Source of the DNA: Candidatus Binatia bacterium
GTDB lineage: Bacteria > Desulfobacterota > Binatia > UBA9968
Direction of reading: 5' to 3'
DNA: 40,989 nt
NCBI GenBank assembly: GCA_025924215.1
Contig: JAICEJ010000001.1
Location: 1-40,989, forward strand
This document shows, piece by piece, positions 20,015-29,714 of the stretch. The notes beneath the pieces were generated by a model. That model was not told the DNA's origin. It did no database searches and was given only the letters and a program-made list of their open reading frames with translations. The first letter of the stretch is position 1, and every line of letters starts with the position of its first letter. The position numbers and the translations under genes are program-made.

Positions 20015-20478
20015 TCGTCGCCACCGACCTTCTGTAATTTACCTTGTCCAGTCACCTTGATGGCGGTTGCCGGAGTATAGGCTTCGGGTTCATAGTTGAT
20101 CAAGGCTTTATCGCTCTGCTGCAAATCTTTTAATTTGACTCTGCTGCCGGCTTTTTCGATATTCGTTTTGTCATCGACTCCAACCACCTCCTCGCGAACC
20201 TTTCCCTTGCGCTCTACTTGGAAGGTAATCGTTCGCTGGCCAACGCTGCTGATGACACCCTCAACTTCGACAGCTTTGGACTTGGTTTGTTTTGTTTCGC
20301 CCTTTGTGGCTTTTGCCTCTGCGAGCGGCTTTGCTTCGGCGACAGGTTGGGCCTGCGCCGGTGTCGGTTTTTGCGCGGGTGCGGCCGTTTGTTCCTGAAC
20401 AGATGAACACGCGATTAAACCGGCAGCGAGCAGGAGTGAGCCCGTTGATAACGTCAAGAAATCAGTTGTTCGTTTCAT
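20011..20478 (-). CDS. Hypothetical lipoprotein
   Basis: ATG at 20478 follows GGAGGAATGAA. MKRTTDFLTLSTGSLLLAAGLIA|C carries the lipobox, followed by a Pro/Ala/Lys-rich linker and a small beta-rich domain. The longest ORF extends to 20556. Confidence 0.55.
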   Translation of the reverse strand: MKRTTDFLTLSTGSLLLAAGLIACSSVQEQTAAPAQKPTPAQAQPVAEAKPLAEAKATKGETKQTKSKAVEVEGVISSVGQRTITFQVERKGKVREEVVGVDDKTNIEKAGSRVKLKDLQQSDKALINYEPEAYTPATAIKVTGQGKLQKVGGDD

Positions 20479-20628
20479 TTCATTCCTCCGAACTCTTTTA
20501 CTCGCAATTCCGAAATATGATCGCGCAAAAATTGTAGAACTTAAAGCATACTTCATTTCAAATTGTCAAGGCGCGTCGGGAACCATGGCGTTGAGAAAAG
20601 CTCCAAAACAACATACGGGTGAGAGCGC

Positions 20629-21072
20629 ATGAGTTCGAGCAAACCGAACAATTTAAATGTGACAACCTATCGAGTTATCTATGGCGATACGGATCAAATG
20701 GGCGTGGTCTACTACGCCAACTACCTACGCTGGTTCGAAAGAGGCCGCGGTGAGTTTCTGCGTGCAGGCGGAATTCCGTACGAGACCATCGAGCGACGGG
20801 GCATGCATTTTCCAGTTGCGGAGCTATCATGCCGGTACCTCAGACCAGCGCGTTACGATGATCTGATTGTCATCGAGACACGAATAGCTTCGGTCAGCCG
20901 CGCATCATTGACATTCACCTACCGCATCATGCGCGAGGCTGAAGCCACGCTGCTGGCCTCCTGCTCGACCAAGCACGCCTGTGTCGATGGTCAGGGAAGG
21001 ATCATGAGAATTGAGGAGGAGCTGATGAAGGCGCTCGAGATCATGCTTTGCCCACCCGAAGAGACTGCTTGA
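20629..21072 (+). CDS. ybgC: Acyl-CoA thioesterase, YbgC/4HBT hotdog family
   Basis: YRVIYGDTDQMGVVYYANYLRWFERGRGEFLR matches the YbgC-type active-site region (Asp in the DTD motif). Confidence 0.8.
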   Translation: MSSSKPNNLNVTTYRVIYGDTDQMGVVYYANYLRWFERGRGEFLRAGGIPYETIERRGMHFPVAELSCRYLRPARYDDLIVIETRIASVSRASLTFTYRIMREAEATLLASCSTKHACVDGQGRIMRIEEELMKALEIMLCPPEETA

Positions 21073-21076
21073 AAAT

Positions 21077-21103
21077 GATGCTGGTTATTATGGATAACGC
21101 ATC
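21077..21103 (-). terminator. Possible terminator hairpin filling the gap between the convergent ybgC and queG stops
   Basis: The structure is gatgc-(tg)-gttat / tatgg loop / ataac-gcatc. On the minus strand it is followed by ATTTTCAA. It is AT-rich and contains a bulge, so it is weak. Confidence 0.3.
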
Positions 21104-22276
21104 CTACAAGTGATCAGGTACAGGTTCACTGGCGGCCTCACGAAGAGCCTCCTCAATCTCGCTTTTAACCTCCGGGTTAGCTTCTGAAAGCAATTTCTGC
21201 CGCAGTGTCGCGAGCGCTTCAGATGTACCAATCCGGCCCAGCGCCCATGCGACATGACCGCGAACTAGCGGCTCTTCGTCATTCAGTGCCTTGGTCAGCG
21301 CCGGCACGGCTTCGGGGGCGCGATTATTGCCAAGCGCCACGGCTACATTGCGCAAAAATCCACGTCGCTTTGCCCGGACAATGGGACTGCCGCGAAACCG
21401 GCGGCGAAATTCATCGTCGTCGATCGACAGCAGCGCAACCAAATCGGGAGCATAAAGCCCTTGGCGCGGAGAGTAAGACGGTTGTTCGGTGGAATTCGCT
21501 TTAACATTATAAGGACAGACTTCCTGACAGATGTCGCAGCCGAAAATGTGATTACCTATAAGGGGTCTCAAATGACGTGGAATAAAACCCTTGAGCTCGA
21601 TCGTAAGGTAGGAGATGCAGCGACGCGCATCCAACAGATAGGGTCCAATGAAGGCGCCGGTTGGGCAGGCTTTTAGGCACAGATCACATTGACCGCAGCG
21701 GTCACGAATGGCCTGATCATAAGCAAGGGGCAGACTGGTAAACAGCTCACCAAGGAAAAACCAGGAGCCTTTGTTCGGCGAAATCAGCAGAGTATTTTTC
21801 CCGATCCATCCTATGCCGGCGGTACCCGCAAAGTCCCGCTCCAGAATCGGGGCGGAATCGACGAAGGTCCTGCCTTTCACCGTTTCGCCGCCAATCTCAC
21901 GAAGAAACATAAGCAGGCTTTCCAGTTTGTTCCGGATAATCTCATGATAATCATCACCCCAAGCATAGCGCGAGATCCAGCCGCGCCCGCGTTCTGACGG
22001 GGTTGGCCGTTTAAACGGCGTGTAGTAGTTCATTCCCACGGAAATGATTGACACCGCCCAGGGGACAAGCAGCCTTGGATCGCGCCGCAAAAGCTCGGTT
22101 CGCTCCATATAATCGAGATGACCGTGAAATTTTTGCCGCAGCCAATCAGCGAACGACTGCTCGTGCGGCGGCACCCGCACTGGAGAGATTCCAACGAGTT
22201 CGAAGCCGAGCGTTTGCGCTTCATTCTTGATGCGCTGAGACTGCTCGGCCAAGTTCGGCTCAGCGGTGGAAATCAT
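21104..22276 (-). CDS. queG: Epoxyqueuosine reductase
   Basis: Two 4Fe-4S motifs (CGQCDLCLKACP and FGCDICQEVCPYN) plus C-terminal HEAT-like repeats (EPLVRGHVAWALGRIG). Confidence 0.9.
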   Translation of the reverse strand: MISTAEPNLAEQSQRIKNEAQTLGFELVGISPVRVPPHEQSFADWLRQKFHGHLDYMERTELLRRDPRLLVPWAVSIISVGMNYYTPFKRPTPSERGRGWISRYAWGDDYHEIIRNKLESLLMFLREIGGETVKGRTFVDSAPILERDFAGTAGIGWIGKNTLLISPNKGSWFFLGELFTSLPLAYDQAIRDRCGQCDLCLKACPTGAFIGPYLLDARRCISYLTIELKGFIPRHLRPLIGNHIFGCDICQEVCPYNVKANSTEQPSYSPRQGLYAPDLVALLSIDDDEFRRRFRGSPIVRAKRRGFLRNVAVALGNNRAPEAVPALTKALNDEEPLVRGHVAWALGRIGTSEALATLRQKLLSEANPEVKSEIEEALREAASEPVPDHL

Positions 22277-22330
22277 AAGGCCAGAAAACTCCGGAATGAG
22301 ATTGACGCGAAACTACAACTGGAGAGAGGC

Positions 22331-22780
22331 TCAGTGAAGCGGACCGCCGCCGCTCGATCCGGTGACAGTGGGGTCCAACAATGGGCGTCTGCCGGCAAAG
22401 CCGTCCTCAATTCTGTGCCAGTAGGCAATCTCAGGTTCGCCGTATTGCCAACAAAGAAAGACAATCTCTTCTCCCAATAAACAGGGAAAATCGAGCAATC
22501 CTTGTTCCACGCCTTTGCACACGCAGCCATGTTGTTGAATCTCATTGACAGCGTCGTTGATCTGCTTGATCAAGGCTGCGATCTCATCGTTCTGCTGTAA
22601 ACGCCGCATCAGGTTGGGCGTTTCCGGGTCGATCTGCTCCGCGCGAATCACTATTTCGCTCTTGGCCCGCAGGCGCCGTATGATCTCCAGAATGCGTTCG
22701 ATCGTCGGACGTACTATGGGCAAAAGGGTGTTCGCTTCGTTGATCGTGAACAATCTCGAATAAGGCGAAGATGAATCCAT
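22331..22780 (-). CDS. Hypothetical protein, DUF2203-like (family recalled from memory)
   Basis: 149 aa. N-terminal FTINEANTLLPIVRPTIERILEI and a helical middle region. It is co-directional with the REC-LpxC gene, 39 nt downstream. Confidence 0.5.
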   Translation of the reverse strand: MDSSSPYSRLFTINEANTLLPIVRPTIERILEIIRRLRAKSEIVIRAEQIDPETPNLMRRLQQNDEIAALIKQINDAVNEIQQHGCVCKGVEQGLLDFPCLLGEEIVFLCWQYGEPEIAYWHRIEDGFAGRRPLLDPTVTGSSGGGPLH

Positions 22781-22819
22781 ACCGATCCACTTTGGTAGTC
22801 GGCGCTTTAACGAGAGGAG

Positions 22820-24139
22820 TTATAGCCCCAGGCCGGATCGAACAGCTCTCAGTAATGCAATGTTATCGGAATGGCCGGTCATGTGAGCCGTGATTTTGCC
22901 GCGGATGGGTCTTCCCAGCAGATAAAAATCCCCGATAATGTCAAGAATTTTATGACGCGCCAGCTCCTCCGGAAAGCGCAAGTCCGTGTTTACAATCTTC
23001 TCATCATCGATCAAGATACAATTACTAAGCTTGCCTCCGTTGATCAAGCCGAGCTTTTGCATTTTCTCCATATCGCGCAAAAAACCGAAGGTCCTTGCCG
23101 GCGCAATTTCTTCTTTGAAGGAAGTCGGGCTCTGATGTTCGAATATGTATTCCTGCACGCCCACCGGTTTCGGATACTTCAGAACGTAGTGAACCGAAAA
23201 CGTCTTCGCTGGTTCAATACTAATCCATTCTCCTCCGTCGTCACCGATCCGATAAGGACGATCAATGACGATTCTTGACCAGCTTTCGTCTTGCTCGTGC
23301 AGCCCAGCTTCCTCGATGAGTTCGCAAAACTCCGCCGCCGATCCATCCAAGATCGGAACTTCGCCTTGAACTTTCACCAGCAAATTCGTAATTCCGTAAC
23401 TATGGAGGACCGCCAAAAAATGCTCTACGGTCGCAACCGTAAAACCGCGATGGCTCAATGAGGTCGCGAATCCCGTTGATCCGACATAATCTAAATGCGC
23501 GGGTACGCTGACATCGCCCGAGATACCCTCGAATAAGATGCCGCTATTTGGCGGTAGCGGATGCAGGATCAATCCTGTTTTAATACCTGAATGCAAACCC
23601 TGACCCGAACTCACCACGCTCTTTCTTAAAGTTTTTTGTCGGATCGGTTCGGCGGATGTGACAATCCGCGGAGCTATACTCACTGAGTCCGACTCCTCGG
23701 CCCCATGACGTTGGCCGATTTCGGACAGGCTCTGAGCCACAGGGAGCTCGCCCAGGGCGCGTTGCACCGTATGTAGCAGGCCGTCGAGCGAGACCGGCTT
23801 TTCGATAAAATCGAAAGCGCCAAATTTAGTTGCGGTCACCGCCGTGTGGATATTTCCGTGCCCGGAGATCATCACTACATTGGTTGAAGGCTTCTTGCTC
23901 TTGATCTCCTTGAGCAACCCAATACCATCGATTTTTGGCATCCAGATGTCGAGCAGCACAAGCCCCGGTTGCTCTGCTTCGATCATTTCCAGGACGCAAG
24001 TGGCATCCGCGGTATCGAGTACGCGATATCCCTCGTCCGTCAGCACTTCTTTAACCGATTCCCGAACCTTGTCCTCATCATCGACAACAAGGATGGTTTT
24101 CTGAGATGATAACTCCTTCACCGCCCCTCCATTTTTCAT
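22820..24139 (-). CDS. lpxC: Fusion protein: N-terminal response-regulator receiver (REC) domain plus C-terminal UDP-3-O-acyl-N-acetylglucosamine deacetylase (LpxC) domain
   Basis: Single uninterrupted 439-aa ORF. REC covers about residues 16-130: VVDDE, LLDIWMP (Asp64, nt 23950-23948), MISGHG, FIEKP. After a roughly 35-aa linker, the LpxC domain runs from IRQKTLRKSVVSSGQGLHSG. It contains TVEHF, ARTFGFLRD, ARHKILDIIGDF and TGHSDN, which align with E. coli E78/H79, T191, H238/K239/D242/D246 and H265. Confidence 0.85.
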   Translation of the reverse strand: MKNGGAVKELSSQKTILVVDDEDKVRESVKEVLTDEGYRVLDTADATCVLEMIEAEQPGLVLLDIWMPKIDGIGLLKEIKSKKPSTNVVMISGHGNIHTAVTATKFGAFDFIEKPVSLDGLLHTVQRALGELPVAQSLSEIGQRHGAEESDSVSIAPRIVTSAEPIRQKTLRKSVVSSGQGLHSGIKTGLILHPLPPNSGILFEGISGDVSVPAHLDYVGSTGFATSLSHRGFTVATVEHFLAVLHSYGITNLLVKVQGEVPILDGSAAEFCELIEEAGLHEQDESWSRIVIDRPYRIGDDGGEWISIEPAKTFSVHYVLKYPKPVGVQEYIFEHQSPTSFKEEIAPARTFGFLRDMEKMQKLGLINGGKLSNCILIDDEKIVNTDLRFPEELARHKILDIIGDFYLLGRPIRGKITAHMTGHSDNIALLRAVRSGLGL

Positions 24140-26370
24140 AGCTGCGCAGCCTTCCTTTTAAACTCGCGTAGCGCGCCCTGCTCGCGCACCGGAAACTCTA
24201 TCACGAACCTGGTGCCGCGCGGTTCGTTGTTCCGCACCCGAATATAACCGCGATGATCTTCGACAATTTGATTGACGATGGTGAGCCCTAGGCCGGTACC
24301 CTGTTTTTTAGTAGAAAATCCAGGCTCGAATATTCTAACTCGAGCTTCCGCCGCCATGCCACAACCATCGTCGGCAACTTCAAGGTAGACCGTGTTCCGA
24401 GTGCGATCATAGGCAGTCGCTATCTGCACATGGCCGCCGCCGCCAACGGCGGCCACGGCGTTGTCTAATAAGTTGATCATCACCCGTTTGATTTGCTCGC
24501 GATCGAGCTCCAGCGCCGGCAACTCTCCCTGCCGGAACTCAAAATCGATATGGTTATGTCCTTCCTTAAACAGGAATAGCGCGTCCTGAACAATCACGTT
24601 TAGGTCGTTGAGCACCGGCTGAGCCGTAGGTAATCTTGCGAATTGCGAAAACTCATTGACCAGATTCTTGAGCTCGACCACCTGCTGGATAATCGTCGTC
24701 GTGCATTTGTCCAGTACCGCGCCGTCCCCTTGCAACAGCTTAGCATAGCGTTTGCGAAGTCTCTCGGCCGAGAGCTGTATCGGCGTGAGCGGATTTTTGA
24801 TTTCGTGCGCGATTCGCCGCGCCACTTCGCGCCACGCTTCCATCCTCTGTACTTTTTGAATCTGGGTAATGTCTTCGAGAAAAATCATGATACCTAGGCT
24901 GTCATTAGCATCATCTCTGAGGGTAGCGGCGGTAGCGAATACGGTAAGGAGATGGTCCGGTAGCTGTATCTGCAATTCAGTCTCGCTGCTTTCGCGATCT
25001 TTGAGGTTGTCTATCAAGTCGCGCATGACCATTAGCGACTCGGTTTCAAACGCTTCCCTGTAGTATTTTCCGAGAGCAGCAGAACCGTCCACACCTAGCA
25101 TTTGTTCGGCCGCCTTGTTCCAAGAAGTGATCTTCCCGTTCGGATCGACAGCAATCACTCCTGCGGTAATATTAGCGAGAAGTGTTTCAACGAACTTGCC
25201 GCGGCGCAACAATTCCAGGTTGCTCTTCTTTAAGTCTCGGGTCATCTGGTTGAATGACTCAACCAAGGTTCCTAACTCGTCATCGCCGGCCGCCTCAATT
25301 TGATAATCCCAGTTGCCATGAGCGACTTCGTGAGTCCCCGCTGCCACCTGTTGAATCGGGATCGTGATTCCTTTGGCAAGATAAAGGCCGAACCAAGTCG
25401 CGGCAAAGATAATCACAAGGGTAATTAGTAGCAGGGTCAGAATGTAACTGTTTTTCACCGGGTTCTTCAGAAAACCAAGGTGCTTGTACTGCTCATACGA
25501 CCGGGAGATTTCAAGCGCGCGTTTAGTAATGCTCTTCGGCACGTAATAATCGACTACGACGACTCCCTGAATCCGCTTGCCGCTGTCATAGATCGGAACA
25601 CCCCCGCGAATAACGTCGCCCTCGCCAAAAGCCTGAGTTCGGGTGACTTCCAGGCCGCGCAGCGCCCGGTTAAGGAAATCGGCTTCAGCCTTGATGCTAA
25701 CTCCAGTGGGTACCTGGTCATTGAAAGCCACTACTACCGGCTGGTGATCTGGTGAAAATAATTCCACAGTTCCGAGATTGTACTCACGCTGCTTGATCTG
25801 GATAAATTCTTTAAGATCGCTTCGCCGTCCGGTCTCGAACAGCCCCTGTTCAGTGACGCGGCGGCTTAGCTGCCGTGCATAGAAGAGCGCATTGTTTGCC
25901 GAGTTTTGATAATAGGTCTGGCCGATTTCCAACGATCCCTGGAGGGCGGTCTCAACCTGTATATCGAACCATCTTTCAAAGGAGCGAGTGACAAATCCGC
26001 CAGCGATGACGAAGAGCAACAGGGTCGGAACAAGCGACAAACCGACAAATGCGATCACCAGGCGAACCCGTAGCCGTGAACCGAGGATGCCGCGTTTGCG
26101 TTCGAAAACCAGCTTCACCAGGTTTCTGACGACCAGAAAAACCAGGAGAATCAGAAGAATAATGTTGATGTTGATTAAGAGAAAGAAAACTATGTTATTG
26201 CTGAGAGAATATTCCGACGAAACATCGGGAAGCTGCACCTCGAAGAATGCGAACGCAAGCACCACCAGTGAAGTGATGAGAATCGCCAGCCCTTCACGCT
26301 TTCGCCGTTTAGTTTCATCCAACGTGGGCGTGTCGCTGATCTGCTGTTGCGTTTTGGAGGTTTTGCCCAT
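24136..26370 (-). CDS. ntrY: NtrY-type membrane sensor histidine kinase (TM segments, extracytoplasmic domain, HAMP, PAS, HisKA, HATPase_c)
   Basis: 744 aa. Hydrophobic segments flank a roughly 190-aa loop. The HAMP region reads AKGITIPIQQVAAGTHEVAHGNWDYQIE...FNQMTRDL and the PAS region reads ITAGVIAVDPNGKITSWNKAAEQMLG. The H-box is RIAHEIKNPLTPIQLSAERL. The N/G boxes are LLDNAV, DDGCGM and GTGLGL. Its stop overlaps the REC-LpxC start (ATGA at 24139-24136). Confidence 0.85.
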   Translation of the reverse strand: MGKTSKTQQQISDTPTLDETKRRKREGLAILITSLVVLAFAFFEVQLPDVSSEYSLSNNIVFFLLININIILLILLVFLVVRNLVKLVFERKRGILGSRLRVRLVIAFVGLSLVPTLLLFVIAGGFVTRSFERWFDIQVETALQGSLEIGQTYYQNSANNALFYARQLSRRVTEQGLFETGRRSDLKEFIQIKQREYNLGTVELFSPDHQPVVVAFNDQVPTGVSIKAEADFLNRALRGLEVTRTQAFGEGDVIRGGVPIYDSGKRIQGVVVVDYYVPKSITKRALEISRSYEQYKHLGFLKNPVKNSYILTLLLITLVIIFAATWFGLYLAKGITIPIQQVAAGTHEVAHGNWDYQIEAAGDDELGTLVESFNQMTRDLKKSNLELLRRGKFVETLLANITAGVIAVDPNGKITSWNKAAEQMLGVDGSAALGKYYREAFETESLMVMRDLIDNLKDRESSETELQIQLPDHLLTVFATAATLRDDANDSLGIMIFLEDITQIQKVQRMEAWREVARRIAHEIKNPLTPIQLSAERLRKRYAKLLQGDGAVLDKCTTTIIQQVVELKNLVNEFSQFARLPTAQPVLNDLNVIVQDALFLFKEGHNHIDFEFRQGELPALELDREQIKRVMINLLDNAVAAVGGGGHVQIATAYDRTRNTVYLEVADDGCGMAAEARVRIFEPGFSTKKQGTGLGLTIVNQIVEDHRGYIRVRNNEPRGTRFVIEFPVREQGALREFKRKAAQL

Positions 26371-26404
26371 GGACTTGCTAAGACACTAAAATGCAAAAAG
26401 AATT

Positions 26405-26617
26405 TTATCTCCTAAAGAGATAGAGAACAAGGCTGATGAGGATGCTGATAACAATGCACGTGGTGATTGGAAAGTAAAAACTGAAGCGACCTCGCTGGAC
26501 GTAGATATCACCCGGTAAATGCCCGAGCCAAGGGATTTTTCCACCCAATGTAAACAGTACTCCGACGGCAACGGTTACGATCCCCAGAATGATCAAAGTT
26601 CTACCGAACTCAGGCAT
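26405..26617 (-). CDS. Small membrane protein, DUF2905-like
   Basis: 70 aa with two TM helices and the motif LPGDIYVQRGRFSFYFPITT. The family name is recalled from memory. Confidence 0.6.
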   Translation of the reverse strand: MPEFGRTLIILGIVTVAVGVLFTLGGKIPWLGHLPGDIYVQRGRFSFYFPITTCIVISILISLVLYLFRR

Positions 26618-26662
26618 AGGGTTAGATCCGCTGCTTGAGGAGGATTTCAGATAATTGCTACT

Positions 26663-27736
26663 TCAAAACAAACTAGGTTGGTTTTTAGGAGCACTGCCCT
26701 TCTGTCCCTTAGGTCTCTGGCCGAAGTGATTGTAAGCCAACGGCGTCGCCATCCGCCCTCTAGGCGTTCGCTGGATGAAACCCGCCTGAATCAGAAATGG
26801 CTCATAGACATCTTCAATGGTGTCCTTTTCTTCGCCAATCGCCGCTGCCAGAGTCTCGATTCCAACCGGTCCTCCGGAGAACTTTTCGATTAGGGTCAAT
26901 AGCAACATGGTATCCATTTTATCGAGGCCGATGGAGTCAACCTCCAACATCTGCAACGCCTCGACAGTCACCGCGAGCGTTATCCGTCCGGTTGCTTTGA
27001 CCTGCGCATAGTCGCGCACACGGCGTAGCAGGCGGTTGGCGATTCGTGGTGTGCCACGCGACCGCCGCGCGATCTCGGCGATTCCGTCCTGTTCGCCAGC
27101 CACGCCGAGAATAACAGCTGAGCGCTGGAGAAGATCAGTGAGGGTTTCCGGCGAATAAAAATCTAACCGGAAGCTCAGCCCGAAACGATCCCGCAGCGGC
27201 GAGGTCAGCAGTCCTGATCTTGTCGTTGCGCCAATCAAAGTAAATGGCTTCAACTCAAGCTTGATGGATCGGGCCGCCGGACCTTGTCCAATCATGATAT
27301 CGATCTGAAAATCTTCCATGGCGGGATATAGAACCTCTTCGACAATATGGTTGAGGCGATGAATTTCATCGATGAACAAGATATCGCCTTCCTCCAAATT
27401 GGTGAGAATCGCCGCCAGATCACCGGCACGCTCGATAATCGGCCCTGAAGTCCCTTTAATATTGACGCCCATTTCGCGGGCGATGATGTAGGCCAGGGAT
27501 GTTTTTCCTAATCCCGGCGGGCCATGAAACAAAAGGTGGTCTAGAACCTCACCACGCCCGCGGGCTGCGTCAATGGCTACTTTAAGGTTTTCTTTGACCC
27601 GATCTTGGCCGACGTATTCCTCGAATCCACGGGGCCGCAGATTTACCTCGTAGTTTAGATCCTCATCGCTTCGCGCCGGCGAGATCTCCCGTGATTGCGA
27701 GGATTTGTCCGAATCGATGATGGGTGAGTGGGCCAT
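26663..27736 (-). CDS. ruvB: Holliday junction branch migration ATPase RuvB
   Basis: [19 protein letters not shown], Walker [10 protein letters not shown] and FIDEIHRL. Confidence 0.95.
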   Translation of the reverse strand: MAHSPIIDSDKSSQSREISPARSDEDLNYEVNLRPRGFEEYVGQDRVKENLKVAIDAARGRGEVLDHLLFHGPPGLGKTSLAYIIAREMGVNIKGTSGPIIERAGDLAAILTNLEEGDILFIDEIHRLNHIVEEVLYPAMEDFQIDIMIGQGPAARSIKLELKPFTLIGATTRSGLLTSPLRDRFGLSFRLDFYSPETLTDLLQRSAVILGVAGEQDGIAEIARRSRGTPRIANRLLRRVRDYAQVKATGRITLAVTVEALQMLEVDSIGLDKMDTMLLLTLIEKFSGGPVGIETLAAAIGEEKDTIEDVYEPFLIQAGFIQRTPRGRMATPLAYNHFGQRPKGQKGSAPKNQPSLF

Positions 27737-27744
27737 AATCAGTG

Positions 27745-28338
27745 TCAGCGACTCATGCGCCGAAGAACTTCCTTAATCACCTGCTCGAGACTGTGATTGC
27801 CCGCTTGAACGCAGTCACGCACATTCTTTTCAACCTCCACTTTACGATAGCCCAGATTAACGAGAGCCGAAACAGCGTCTTGGAGCAGCTGCGGGTCGCG
27901 CCCTTGCGCAGGAGTTTCTATGGCTTGAGATTCGAGAAGCGCAAAGCGATCACGAAGCTCGACGATCATGCGCTCGGCAAGTTTCTTGCCGACGCCAGGG
28001 ATCGATACCAAACGCAACTGATCGCCTCCCTTGATTGCACGGGTGAGTTCATCGGCGGGAATTCCCGACAAAATGTTCAGCGCAAGTTTAGGTCCGATGC
28101 CGGCAACGCCGTTGAGTTGCAAGAAAACTTGTTTTTCCTCCGGCTCCTGGAAGCCGAAAAGCTGTAGGGCATCCTCGCGCAAGTGAGTGTGAATATGCAG
28201 CCGGACCGGCGCGCCGATCTCCGGCAGATGATAAAACACATTGAGCGGGATGAAGACCTGATAACCGACTCCACCGACGTCAACGACAATCTCTCCTGCA
28301 ACCTTCTGCGCCAGAGTGCCGCTAATTTGAGCGATCAT
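27745..28338 (-). CDS. ruvA: Holliday junction DNA-binding protein RuvA
   Basis: MIAQISGTL...[13 protein letters not shown]... plus HhH motifs ([24 protein letters not shown]). Confidence 0.9.
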   Translation of the reverse strand: MIAQISGTLAQKVAGEIVVDVGGVGYQVFIPLNVFYHLPEIGAPVRLHIHTHLREDALQLFGFQEPEEKQVFLQLNGVAGIGPKLALNILSGIPADELTRAIKGGDQLRLVSIPGVGKKLAERMIVELRDRFALLESQAIETPAQGRDPQLLQDAVSALVNLGYRKVEVEKNVRDCVQAGNHSLEQVIKEVLRRMSR

Positions 28339-28380
28339 GACTGCTTAATCTTTCGGTTAATTTCAACGCCGTTCGGCATC

Positions 28381-28971
28381 TCAAGGAAGGATCGACTTGC
28401 GCGGCCGCAAGGGCTCAATGGTTCTTGGCAGGGCTTCGACGAGGCGCGCGCGCAACACCTGCATATGAAGATGGCAAATAGCCGCCGCGAGCGCGTCCGC
28501 GGCGTCGGCCGGCAACTTGCCGCGAAGGCGCAGCAAAGACGCAATCATCATTTGTACCTGCTGTTTAGTGGCGTGGCCGTAGCCTACCACCGCGGCCTTG
28601 ATCTCAACGGCGGCATACTCATGAACTGCCAAGCTTCTTCGCGCAGCGGCGAGAATGGCTACGCCGCGCGCCTGACCGAGCTTGAGCGCGCTCTGCGCGT
28701 TTCGCGCGAAAAAAACCCGCTCGACGCAAACACCATCCGGATTATAGGAATCGATGACTTCCTCAAGGCCGCGGTAAATGCGCTCCAGCCGAGCCGCCTG
28801 CCCCTGAGTGCCCGCCGTAACCACCGTGCCATGCGCCAGATGGATCAATGAAGTGCCTGTCGCCTCAACGACTCCCCAACCGGTTACTGCCGAACCGGGA
28901 TCGATGCCGAGAACCCTGCGCGCCAGCGTCTGTGCATCAGCCCTGCGCCGGACAGGCGAAGGCCAGCTCAA
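28381..28971 (-). CDS. ruvC: Crossover junction endodeoxyribonuclease RuvC
   Basis: [16 protein letters not shown] and the rest of the RNase-H-like fold sequence. The TTG start overlaps the yebC stop (TTGA). Confidence 0.88.
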   Translation of the reverse strand: MSWPSPVRRRADAQTLARRVLGIDPGSAVTGWGVVEATGTSLIHLAHGTVVTAGTQGQAARLERIYRGLEEVIDSYNPDGVCVERVFFARNAQSALKLGQARGVAILAAARRSLAVHEYAAVEIKAAVVGYGHATKQQVQMMIASLLRLRGKLPADAADALAAAICHLHMQVLRARLVEALPRTIEPLRPRKSILP

Positions 28972-29714
28972 CTAGCCTTCTCCATTAACTCACTCGGGAT
29001 GTTGAAATTAGCCGAAACGCTCTGGACATCGTCGTGATCTTCAAGTTCCTCGGTAAGCTTCAAAATCTGTTCGACATTCTTCTCGTCGACATCAACAGTA
29101 TTCTTCGGCACCATGGTGATTTGCGCGCTGGCGATCGCTACTTTTTCGAGTTCGAGCCGTTCCTTGACTTTGTCGAACTCTTCGACGGTTGTAATCACTT
29201 CGAAAATTTCATCTTCATCCCTAACATCCTCGGCCCCGGCATCAAGAACAATTGACATCAAGCGATCCTCATCAACTTGAGTTTTCTCGATCGTGATCAG
29301 GCCCTTTTTGTCGAACATCCAGGCGACGCAGCCGGCCTCGCCCATATTGCCGCCGTGTTTTGTAAACAGGCGCCGAATTTCTGAAACCGTGCGATTTTTG
29401 TTATCCGTAAGCACATGCGCCAATATGGCTGCACCACCCGGCCCATATCCTTCGTATTGAATCTCGTCGTAGGTGACACCTTCAAGCTCGCCGGTTCCCT
29501 TTTTGATCGCCCGATCGATGTTCTCGGTGGGCATACTTGCAGCTCGAGCCGTGAGGACCGCAGTGCGCAGACGCGGATTCGCATTAATATCGCCGCCGCC
29601 CATTCGGGCCGCAACCGTAATTTCCTTGATCAGCTTGGTGAAGAGCTTGCCCTTCTTCGCGTCTTTTGCGGCTTTCTTATGCTTGATCGTGCTCCATTTT
29701 GAATGGCCTGACAT
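28968..29714 (-). CDS. yebC: YebC/PmpR family DNA-binding regulatory protein
   Basis: [37 protein letters not shown] is the family-diagnostic N-terminus. The gene sits in the conserved position upstream of ruvC. Confidence 0.9.
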   Translation of the reverse strand: MSGHSKWSTIKHKKAAKDAKKGKLFTKLIKEITVAARMGGGDINANPRLRTAVLTARAASMPTENIDRAIKKGTGELEGVTYDEIQYEGYGPGGAAILAHVLTDNKNRTVSEIRRLFTKHGGNMGEAGCVAWMFDKKGLITIEKTQVDEDRLMSIVLDAGAEDVRDEDEIFEVITTVEEFDKVKERLELEKVAIASAQITMVPKNTVDVDEKNVEQILKLTEELEDHDDVQSVSANFNIPSELMEKAS

